Below are positions 17,540-25,474 of a stretch of 64,000 bases of DNA, piece after piece; the first letter of the stretch is position 1, and the number at the start of each line of letters is the position of its first letter. The notes under the pieces are model-generated. The model was not told the origin of the DNA, searched no databases, and saw only the letters and a program-made list of their open reading frames with translations. This DNA is from Clostridia bacterium (GTDB lineage Bacteria > Bacillota > Clostridia > Saccharofermentanales > UBA5734), in assembly GCA_040772725.1 (NCBI GenBank), contig JAXGXR010000002.1, positions 477,635-541,634 on the forward strand, in the 5' to 3' direction. A program made the position numbers and the translations under genes.

Positions 17540-19150
17540 GGGGTGGTCCCACAGGTACACTACAGAGCACGGGGAGGTGAGTGCGTCTCCCTCGGGAAGA
17601 CCGCATATTTATATGTGCCGCCCAACCTCGCAAGTACAAATAAGTGTGGCATTGACCACGTAGATTTATCTTTGTATAAACAACTCCCTGTTTATTCCGG
17701 GTCGGGCAGTCACTGCCTGTGTGACCACGATATTATCCCGGAAGGATGTGTTTATGCTTAAGATCGTCTATCCCATCTGCTGTGGCATCGATGTCCACAA
17801 AACCTTTGTGGTGGCAACCATCGCGGCCACAGACAAGAAAAGTATCACAACCTACAAAACCCAACGTTTCTCCACCTTTACCAAGGATCTGAAAAGCCTG
17901 GCGCAGTGGCTCTCGGATCACCAATGCCTGCATGTTTGCATGGAGTCCACCGGCAAGTACTGGATCCCGGTCTACAACATCCTGGAGCCCTCCTGCCGGA
18001 TCACCCTGGCACACCCCAAGTATGTCAAAGCAATCCGGGGCAAGAAGACCGACAAGAAAGACTCGATCTGGATTGCCGACCTGTTCAAGCACGACCTGGT
18101 CCCCGGCAGCTTCATACCCGAGAAGCAAATCCGCGATCTGCGTGAGATTCTCCGCTACCGCTACAAACTGGTGTGCTTTGCGGCCAGTGAGAAGAATCGG
18201 ATGCAGAATTCCCTGACTGTCTCCAACATCCAGTTGGCTTCAGTCGTTTCCGATACCTTTGGTAAAAGTGCTCAGGCCATTATTGCGCATCTGTTGGCGA
18301 ACCCAGGTGATACAGCGTTCGATTTTCGGCCGTTACTGCATGGCTCGATGCGTAAAAACGAAGAGCAGATTGCCTTGGCAATTGAGGGAACTGTTACGCC
18401 TGTCCAGGCCAGCAAGATCCAGACCTGTCAGCAGCATGTCGACCAATTGAGTCAATATATCACCCGTCTCGAATCTCTGGCTGATTCCTTAGCTGCACCC
18501 TTTGCTTCTCTGTTGCTTATTCTCGAGTCGGTTCCGGGTATTTCCCATGTTTCAGCCTTGGTCATTCTGTCGGAAATCGGAACCAATATGGCTCAGTTCA
18601 AGTCGGCGAAGCATCTGACATCCTGGGCCGGATTGGCTCCATCCAACGACCAGAGTGCCGGTAAGAAGAAGTCAACCAAAATCAGTCGGGCTGGGGTTTA
18701 TATCAAGCCAGTTCTGGCCAATGTGCCTTGGCTGCGATTAGTGACAAATCGTTTCCTCATTACCGCCAGCGCTATGAAGCATTAAAGCATCGCCGCGGCC
18801 ATAAGAAAGCGTTGATTGCTATCGCTCGGATGATGTTGACCGCGATTTTTGTCATGCTGACCAATGGTGAACTGTTCAATCCGAAAATGTATGAGGAGTC
18901 TTTGCGCAAACCTGCATACATCCTGTCTCCTGAAATGCAATTGGCTCAATTGGCAAAACGTTTGGGTTATTCGGTTGTCAAGGTTCCTGATCTGATCGAA
19001 TAAGGACTTAATTCAACTTCTCTTCTCGGCCTTCACAAGAAGGTCTGCTTTATCGTGCACTTTGGCATGGTGATCTGACGTTGTTTTTCGTATTATGCAT
19101 TTTCAGATTTATCCCTTTCAAATCTAACATACTGAATTGACGACCCCAAA
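17540..19150 (+). mobile_element. IS110-family element (boundaries not determinable by eye)
   Basis: Contains a DEDD-type IS110 transposase gene preceded by ~200 nt of non-coding sequence. No inverted repeats are expected for this family, so the ends are approximate. Confidence 0.4.
17754..19003 (+). pseudogene. IS110-family transposase, disrupted by a 1-nt deletion near 18717
   Basis: MLKIVYPICCGIDVHKTFVV...MESTGKYWIPVYNIL is the IS110 DEDD N-terminal domain. The reading frame changes between the ORFs 17721-18785 and 18728-19003. The second ORF (AAISDKSFPHYRQRYEALKHRRGHKKALIAIARMML) is the normal C-terminus of the same protein. Confidence 0.8.
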
Positions 19151-19187
19151 TTCACGTCTCCCTTTCGACCTATGTCTATTATATCAA

Positions 19188-19221
19188 GAATGGAGCCACC
19201 GCCGAAGCGATGGCCCCATTC
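19188..19221 (-). terminator. Hairpin downstream of the giant surface-protein gene (GAATGGGGCCATCGC-TTCG-GCGGTGGCTCCATTC on the minus strand)
   Basis: 15-bp stem with two mismatches or wobbles, about 30 nt after the stop. The U-tract is weak (TTGATAT). Confidence 0.45.
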
Positions 19222-19249
19222 TCAGAGAATCAGATGTTTTTCTGAGTAA

Positions 19250-22200
19250 TCAATCTGGATAGTCGCAATACATACGTACATCTGCATGTGCTGCAATCCA
19301 GATATTGTCAGTTGTCTTGACATCGCTAAATGTATAGACAACAGTATCTTGGTCCACCCGCTCCATTGTGAAGCTATACTTGATGTATTTTTCGAGCTGA
19401 CCCGGACTATTGATATACTTTTTGCCTTTCTTCGGCAACTTATCTTTTCCGACCCATAGATGGGTTGCCAACAGATCGTTGCAGAAGGAAGTATTGAAGG
19501 TGATCGTTAATGTAGTGCCTGTTCTGACTACATGCAAAGTACCAACGTCAAATCCCTTAGTGAGATCTTCTTGCGCAGCACCTGCATAGAGTACCCAGGT
19601 TTCATCAATGTCACCGGTTCCGATGTCATTTGTCCATCCCCAGTTATTGGATTGCAAATCAGCCAATGTAGTGAATCTGGTTGCCCGAGCGCCACCGTAT
19701 GCCCATGCCGTCTCATCGTGATAGACAAGGGTATTGATGATGGTGCCGATGGCACCGGCGGCAGGCTCAGTACCGGCCACGACAGTCAGGACACGGTTGG
19801 TCGGGTTGTAGGCGGGTGTCCAGCCGGTGACGGTAACCTCCGAGAAGGTGTAGTCGCCAGGGACCAGGCCGCATACGATATCGTCCCAGCCATTGCCTTC
19901 GTTAAGCGTGACGGAACCGGTGTAGCCATAAGGACCGGTGATGTTGACGGTGACAGAGGCTGGCAGCGGGTATCCTGCGGGATAGCCCGTGAAAGACTTG
20001 ACGATCTTCAGGCAGCCCTTGTCGAGGGTGTTGGTGATGGTGCCGATGGCACCGGCGGCAGGCTCAGTACCGGCCACGACAGTCAGGACACGGTTGGTCG
20101 GGTTGTAGGCGGGTGTCCAGCCGGTGACGGTAACCTCCGAGAAGGTGTAGTCGCCAGGGACCAGGCCGCATACGATATCGTCCCAGCCATTGCCTTCGTT
20201 AAGCGTGACGGAACCGGTGTAGCCATAAGGACCGGTGATGTTGACGGTGACAGAGGCTGGCAGCGGGTATCCTGCGGGATAGCCCGTGAAAGACTTGACG
20301 ATCTTCAGGCAGCCCTTGTCGAGGGTGTTGGTGATGGTGCCGATGGCACCGGCGGCAGGCTCAGTACCGGCCACGACAGTCAGGACACGGTTGGTCGGGT
20401 TGTAGGCGGGTGTCCAGCCGGTGACGGTAACCTCCGAGAAGGTGTAGTCGCCAGGGACCAGGCCGCATACGATATCGTCCCAGCCATTGCCTTCGTTAAG
20501 CGTGACGGAACCGGTGTAGCCATAAGGACCGGTGATGTTGACGGTGACAGAGGCTGGCAGCGGGTATCCTGCGGGATAGCCCGTGAAAGACTTGACGATC
20601 TTCAGGCAGCCCTTGTCGAGGGTGTTGGTGATGGTGCCGATGGCACCGGCGGCAGGCTCAGTACCGGCCACGACAGTCAGGACACGGTTGGTCGGGTTGT
20701 AGGCGGGTGTCCAGCCGGTGACGGTAACCTCCGAGAAGGTGTAGTCGCCAGGGACCAGGCCGCATACGATATCGTCCCAGCCATTGCCTTCGTTAAGCGT
20801 GACGGAACCGGTGTAGCCATAAGGACCGGTGATGTTGACGGTGACAGAGGCTGGCAGCGGGTATCCTGCGGGATAGCCCGTGAAAGACTTGACGATCTTC
20901 AGGCAGCCCTTGTCGAGGGTGTTGGTGATGGTGCCGATGGCACCGGCGGCAGGCTCAGTACCGGCCACGACAGTCAGGACACGGTTGGTCGGGTTGTAGG
21001 CGGGTGTCCAGCCGGTGACGGTAACCTCCGAGAAGGTGTAGTCGCCAGGGACCAGGCCGCATACGATATCGTCCCAGCCATTGCCTTCGTTAAGCGTGAC
21101 GGAACCGGTGTAGCCATAAGGACCGGTGATGTTGACGGTGACAGAGGCTGGCAGCGGGTATCCTGCGGGATAGCCCGTGAAAGACTTGACGATCTTCAGG
21201 CAGCCCTTGTCGAGGGTGTTGGTGATGGTGCCGATGGCACCGGCGGCAGGCTCAGTACCGGCCACGACAGTCAGGACACGGTTGGTCGGGTTGTAGGCGG
21301 GTGTCCAGCCGGTGACGGTAACCTCCGAGAAGGTGTAGTCGCCAGGGACCAGGCCGCATACGATATCGTCCCAGCCATTGCCTTCGTTAAGCGTGACGGA
21401 ACCGGTGTAGCCATAAGGACCGGTGATGTTGACGGTGACAGAGGCTGGCAGCGGGTATCCTGCGGGATAGCCCGTGAAAGACTTGACGATCTTCAGGCAG
21501 CCCTTGTCGAGGGTGTTGGTGATGGTGCCGATGGCACCGGCGGCAGGCTCAGTACCGGCCACGACAGTCAGGACACGGTTGGTCGGGTTGTAGGCGGGTG
21601 TCCAGCCGGTGACGGTAACCTCCGAGAAGGTGTAGTCGCCAGGGACCAGGCCGCATACGATATCGTCCCAGCCATTGCCTTCGTTAAGCGTGACGGAACC
21701 GGTGTAGCCATAAGGACCGGTGATGTTGACGGTGACAGAGGCTGGCAGCGGGTATCCTGCGGGATAGCCCGTGAAAGACTTGACGATCTTCAGGCAGCCC
21801 TTGTCGAGGGTGTTGGTGATGGTGCCGATGGCACCGGCGGCAGGCTCAGTACCGGCCACGACAGTCAGGACACGGTTGGTCGGGTTGTAGGCGGGTGTCC
21901 AGCCGGTGACGGTAACCTCCGAGAAGGTGTAGTCGCCAGGGACCAGGCCGCATACGATATCGTCCCAGCCATTGCCTTCGTTAAGCGTGACGGAACCGGT
22001 GTAGCCATAAGGACCGGTGATGTTGACGGTGACAGAGGCTGGCAGCGGGTATCCTGCGGGATAGCCCGTGAAAGACTTGACGATCTTCAGGCAGCCCTTG
22101 TCGAGGGTGTTGGTGATGGTGCCGATGGCACCGGCGGCAGGCTCAGTACCGGCCACGACAGTCAGGACACGGTTGGTCGGGTTGTAGGCGGGTGTCCAGC

Positions 22201-23683
22201 CGGTGACGGTAACCTCCGAGAAGGTGTAGTCGCCAGGGACCAGGCCGCATACGATATCGTCCCAGCCATTGCCTTCGTTAAGCGTGACGGAACCGGTGTA
22301 GCCATAAGGACCGGTGATGTTGACGGTGACAGAGGCTGGCAGCGGGTATCCTGCGGGATAGCCCGTGAAAGACTTGACGATCTTCAGGCAGCCCTTGTCG
22401 AGGGTGTTGGTGATGGTGCCGATGGCACCGGCGGCAGGCTCAGTACCGGCCACGACAGTCAGGACACGGTTGGTCGGGTTGTAGGCGGGTGTCCAGCCGG
22501 TGACGGTAACCTCCGAGAAGGTGTAGTCGCCAGGGACCAGGCCGCATACGATATCGTCCCAGCCATTGCCTTCGTTAAGCGTGACGGAACCGGTGTAGCC
22601 ATAAGGACCGGTGATGTTGACGGTGACAGAGGCTGGCAGCGGGTATCCTGCGGGATAGCCCGTGAAGGACTTGACGATCTTCAGGCAGCCCTTGTCGAGG
22701 GTGTTGGTGATGGTTAAATCTACATTCTGCTCTGCAATAACAGTTACTGGGCCACTATTGCTGACGGTCGTCCAGCCTTCTACATCTCGCTCAGTGGCTG
22801 TATATAGACCGGGCTCTAGATCGCAGATCTGTACCGACCAGCTATTCCCACTGTTTAGAACGACCGTAGTAGAAAATTCGTTTGGACCACTAACATCAAC
22901 TGTTACTTCTGGTAACGTAAAGCCTTCTGGATATCCACTGAATGCCTTCTTGATTGTCAAGCATCCAGTCTCGTATACCTCAACACCCCATTCTTCAAAG
23001 CCGTCATTTGTGTCATTGTGCTCTGTAAAGAGAACTACAAAAATACCGTCTTTTCCGTTGAACTTTGTTTGAGGTACCAATACCCTGTATTCACGTTTAC
23101 CACTTCCATCGTTGTATAAAAGTTTTAGGGTGGTTCCAGCTGTGTCATATACCAAATCAGCGTCAGGAAGTGTATAGGAAGCTAGCGAGTATCCAGTTGG
23201 GCTTTGAATATCTGTAACCCATACCTGAAAACGAGTCAAATAAATTGAATCGTCATTTTCGTTGATATCTAGCTGAAACTCCCTATACGCGACACCTCCA
23301 ACATAAATAGTTGGTACATCAGCCAACAACTGAGAATCTGTGAAACTATCCTTTTCGTCAAAGTAGGGGGTTTGATCGCCATTATGGCCTCTCTCACTAC
23401 CAGTCGCTTGTACCCGTAGGAAAGAATCAAATACACCCGTACCAGTAGCACTTGTATGAGGCACCAGGTTCTCCCAGATAGCTCCATTGACGGTTGCTGT
23501 TGATCCGGGTGTCATGAGATCAACTTCAGCTGCAAATACACCCGTCGATGACAACGCAAAAACCGCCATCACAATGATGGTGACAATCATGCTTCGCCAA
23601 AGACGGCTTGAGGTCTTGGTTACGTTCACTTTACATCCCTTTCTTTCTTCTAGTGCGCCGATCGATTTGCGCACTTTGTTCAT
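19250..23683 (-). CDS. Giant secreted repeat protein: signal peptide, N-terminal domain, 1 diverged plus 10 identical Cna-B-like 99-aa domains, and a conserved C-terminal domain
   Basis: 1,477-aa ORF. Signal peptide is SMIVTIIVMAVFALSSTGVFA. No LPXTG, SLH or choline-binding anchor was seen. A GTG at 23629, preceded by AAGGGA, is an alternative start; the ATG at 23683 lacks an obvious RBS. Confidence 0.85.
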   Translation of the reverse strand: MNKVRKSIGALEERKGCKVNVTKTSSRLWRSMIVTIIVMAVFALSSTGVFAAEVDLMTPGSTATVNGAIWENLVPHTSATGTGVFDSFLRVQATGSERGHNGDQTPYFDEKDSFTDSQLLADVPTIYVGGVAYREFQLDINENDDSIYLTRFQVWVTDIQSPTGYSLASYTLPDADLVYDTAGTTLKLLYNDGSGKREYRVLVPQTKFNGKDGIFVVLFTEHNDTNDGFEEWGVEVYETGCLTIKKAFSGYPEGFTLPEVTVDVSGPNEFSTTVVLNSGNSWSVQICDLEPGLYTATERDVEGWTTVSNSGPVTVIAEQNVDLTITNTLDKGCLKIVKSFTGYPAGYPLPASVTVNITGPYGYTGSVTLNEGNGWDDIVCGLVPGDYTFSEVTVTGWTPAYNPTNRVLTVVAGTEPAAGAIGTITNTLDKGCLKIVKSFTGYPAGYPLPASVTVNITGPYGYTGSVTLNEGNGWDDIVCGLVPGDYTFSEVTVTGWTPAYNPTNRVLTVVAGTEPAAGAIGTITNTLDKGCLKIVKSFTGYPAGYPLPASVTVNITGPYGYTGSVTLNEGNGWDDIVCGLVPGDYTFSEVTVTGWTPAYNPTNRVLTVVAGTEPAAGAIGTITNTLDKGCLKIVKSFTGYPAGYPLPASVTVNITGPYGYTGSVTLNEGNGWDDIVCGLVPGDYTFSEVTVTGWTPAYNPTNRVLTVVAGTEPAAGAIGTITNTLDKGCLKIVKSFTGYPAGYPLPASVTVNITGPYGYTGSVTLNEGNGWDDIVCGLVPGDYTFSEVTVTGWTPAYNPTNRVLTVVAGTEPAAGAIGTITNTLDKGCLKIVKSFTGYPAGYPLPASVTVNITGPYGYTGSVTLNEGNGWDDIVCGLVPGDYTFSEVTVTGWTPAYNPTNRVLTVVAGTEPAAGAIGTITNTLDKGCLKIVKSFTGYPAGYPLPASVTVNITGPYGYTGSVTLNEGNGWDDIVCGLVPGDYTFSEVTVTGWTPAYNPTNRVLTVVAGTEPAAGAIGTITNTLDKGCLKIVKSFTGYPAGYPLPASVTVNITGPYGYTGSVTLNEGNGWDDIVCGLVPGDYTFSEVTVTGWTPAYNPTNRVLTVVAGTEPAAGAIGTITNTLDKGCLKIVKSFTGYPAGYPLPASVTVNITGPYGYTGSVTLNEGNGWDDIVCGLVPGDYTFSEVTVTGWTPAYNPTNRVLTVVAGTEPAAGAIGTITNTLDKGCLKIVKSFTGYPAGYPLPASVTVNITGPYGYTGSVTLNEGNGWDDIVCGLVPGDYTFSEVTVTGWTPAYNPTNRVLTVVAGTEPAAGAIGTIINTLVYHDETAWAYGGARATRFTTLADLQSNNWGWTNDIGTGDIDETWVLYAGAAQEDLTKGFDVGTLHVVRTGTTLTITFNTSFCNDLLATHLWVGKDKLPKKGKKYINSPGQLEKYIKYSFTMERVDQDTVVYTFSDVKTTDNIWIAAHADVRMYCDYPD
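19741..22711 (-). repeat. Ten head-to-tail 297-bp coding repeats, essentially 100 percent identical
   Basis: The string TGCCGATGGC recurs at 19744, 20041, 20338 ... 22417, a period of 297. Both the sense and the antisense ORF translations are periodic and identical. The only interior difference noticed is a synonymous G/A at 22667. Confidence 0.95.
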
Positions 23684-23831
23684 ACCAAGAAAGGCATCTA
23701 TCGAACTTTTATCACTTGCTTACTGCATTCCAATCCGTTTCTGTTGTCTGCGTCCAATGATGCTGCACTGCGGTCCGATGAGCCAAATCAAGTGTCGATC
23801 CTCCAGTCCACATCACCCCCAAAACAAATAC

Positions 23832-23925
23832 AAAAACCGACCACAATGGGTCGGTTACGCTACTCGCTCCGGTCTGACCAAGCGTCCAGATACGGTCAAA
23901 CCCTCCTTGCACCCCGAAGGCTATT
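23832..23925 (-). ncRNA. c-di-GMP-II-like riboswitch aptamer plus intrinsic terminator (proximal copy)
   Basis: Minus strand: GGGGTGCAAGGAGGGTTTGACCGTATCTGGACGCTTGGTCAGACCGGAGCGAGTAGCGTAACCGACCCATTGTGGTCGGTTTTT. The core TGGACGC...GAGCGAGTAGCGTAACCGACC resembles, as I recall it, the c-di-GMP-II consensus (UGGGCAC...AGUAGUGCAACCGACC). The AACCGACC/GGTCGGTT stem plus U-tract forms the terminator. Confidence 0.65.
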
Positions 23926-24184
23926 CAGTTTTTGCCAAGGCTGGTTGTTCGAGTCTGTTTTCCGCTTTTTCTACCGCTTGCTCCCGCTCGTGGGGCGAAC
24001 CATGTTATGGGAGCGGCCGGGGTAACTGTCTATCTGTTTCATAGACGAAAAACCTTTGCCGCCACCGGCTGCAACCCCGTTAAACGGGGCAAGTCACCCA
24101 TTATAAAGACGCCAATAACGGCCGGGATCACCAATTTCTCAATAAATACCTGACCGTTTTTGCTGTCTTCGGGTTTAAAACAAT

Positions 24185-24270
24185 AAAACCGACCCGAAGG
24201 CCGGTTACGCTACTCGCTCTTGTCTGACCAAAGCGTCCAATCACAGTCAGACCATCATCGCATCCTGGCT
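24185..24270 (-). ncRNA. c-di-GMP-II-like riboswitch aptamer plus intrinsic terminator (distal copy)
   Basis: Minus strand: GGATGCGATGATGGTCTGACTGTGATTGGACGCTTTGGTCAGACAAGAGCGAGTAGCGTAACCGGCCTTCGGGTCGGTTTT. Same conserved core as the proximal copy. Stem positions show compensatory differences (GTCTGAC/GTCAGAC versus GTTTGACC/GGTCAGAC; ACCGGCC/GGTCGGT versus AACCGACC/GGTCGGTT). Confidence 0.65.
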
Positions 24271-24344
24271 ATACTTTTATGAATTTTCACAAAATATTTC
24301 GATTGCTTCATGCGTTATTTGATAACTTTGTCCTTACATAATCT

Positions 24345-24353
24345 ATTATAACA
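24345..24353 (-). promoter_or_regulatory. Candidate extended -10 promoter element (TGTTATAAT) for the riboswitch-led transcript
   Basis: Minus strand reads GGGTGTTATAATAGA about 75 nt upstream of the distal aptamer, in an AT-rich region. No good -35 was found. Confidence 0.35.
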
Positions 24354-24562
24354 CCCGTTTGTCATCTGATTGTAAAATAATAATGAATAACTAAATGAAT
24401 ATTGCCTATCTATATTCAACATATGTGCAATTTCGCATTTGTCACGAAATTTAAAAAATTAGTCATGATATTTGTCATCAAAACCTGGCCGTCACCGGAT
24501 CTGATTCGACAATTTCACTGTTTGACCACTGGTTCTGTACGATTTCACGCATACATGATTTC

Positions 24563-25474
24563 ATGCATAATAGAAGCATCAAAGGGAGGGGGTCAGCGCC
24601 AATCGATCAGGATCCGGACATCGTCTGGCTGGATGAGCAACTCGAGCGACGAGAACGGCTGCGTAGGCAATTGGTTCGTGTTATCGCCCTGGTGCTGGTC
24701 ATCGCGTTCATTCCGCTGGCGCTCAGCGGCGTGCTCTATCTGTTCGGCCTGCCATCGTTGCGGTTGCTGATCGAATCCCGCGAGTTGTCCAATGACCCGG
24801 CTTACAGTGCCCTCCGCTCAGCAGTCGTAGCAGTCCGTGCTGATCAGCGTCAGGGGACCGGGTTTGCGATACGAATGAATGATGAATCAGAAAGCGCCCC
24901 GCCATTGGCAGGAGGGGAAACCGCAAACCTGGAGGATACAAAGATCGTCATCCTCACCAATGACCACATCATCGGCGATGCCGAAAACGTCCAGGTCAGT
25001 TTGAAAGCTGACGATTTTCAACCCGTAAACGAGTGGCTGCAGTGGCCGCAGTCTGATCTGGCCATGATCTTATTGCCGCAACTTGACCTGCCCGCCGCCT
25101 TTTCAAAGCTGACAACGCTGACCCTGGCAGACAGTGCTGCCGAACCCGAGCCCGGCGACCCGCTCATCGTTATCGGCAATCCGCTCAATCTGTTCCAGAT
25201 CACGACCGAGGCCACATTCATTGGGCAGACCACATTATCCGGTATCAGCGGACCGGTCCTGATGATCAAAGGCCCTGTCTTTCGTGGTAATAGCGGAAGC
25301 CCGGTGATCGATGCGGAAAACCAGGTGATCGGCATGGTTTTTGCCGTCGCGGACACGGATCAGGCTGACCAGGGTGGCTTGCTGACCCGCGGCAGCATCC
25401 TGACCGCCGCCCAGGACCGGATCGCGTTCCTGATACCAGCCACGACGATCTGGGAGCAGGTGAACGAGCCGTAG
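24563..25474 (+). CDS. Membrane-anchored trypsin-like (S1C/HtrA-like) serine protease
   Basis: N-terminal TM helix (VIALVLVIAFIPLALSGVLYLF), catalytic Ser motif GNSGSPVID, and a His region NDHIIGD. The start codon is uncertain because no clear RBS precedes 24563. Confidence 0.7.
   Translation: MHNRSIKGRGSAPIDQDPDIVWLDEQLERRERLRRQLVRVIALVLVIAFIPLALSGVLYLFGLPSLRLLIESRELSNDPAYSALRSAVVAVRADQRQGTGFAIRMNDESESAPPLAGGETANLEDTKIVILTNDHIIGDAENVQVSLKADDFQPVNEWLQWPQSDLAMILLPQLDLPAAFSKLTTLTLADSAAEPEPGDPLIVIGNPLNLFQITTEATFIGQTTLSGISGPVLMIKGPVFRGNSGSPVIDAENQVIGMVFAVADTDQADQGGLLTRGSILTAAQDRIAFLIPATTIWEQVNEP

Noticed and set aside
19741-22711. Regular 297-bp repeat array as a possible CRISPR or satellite locus
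   Set aside because: There are no unique spacers. The units are contiguous, in frame and encode a folded-domain-like 99-aa module inside a long ORF with a signal peptide. It is a coding tandem repeat, not CRISPR.
19532-22717. 1,061-aa ORF on the plus strand with a perfectly periodic sequence (GDGADGTGGRLSTGHDSQDTVGRVVGG...)
   Set aside because: It is the antisense shadow of the ten identical repeats in the minus-strand gene. It has no RBS or signal features and a low-complexity Gly/Arg/Asp composition typical of reverse-frame GC-rich DNA. It stays open only because one stop-free 297-bp unit is copied ten times.
23487-24153. Plus-strand ORFs (185, 93 and 73 aa) in the region upstream of the giant gene
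   Set aside because: They overlap the minus-strand leader that carries the two riboswitch-like elements and terminators. They have no RBS and an odd composition. The region is better explained as structured non-coding RNA.
23926-24184. Group I self-splicing ribozyme coupled to the c-di-GMP aptamer, as in Clostridioides difficile
   Set aside because: I could not identify the conserved P3-P9 core or a guanosine-binding P7 by eye, and each aptamer is followed by a canonical terminator. It is kept only as a low-priority check in the spacer finding.
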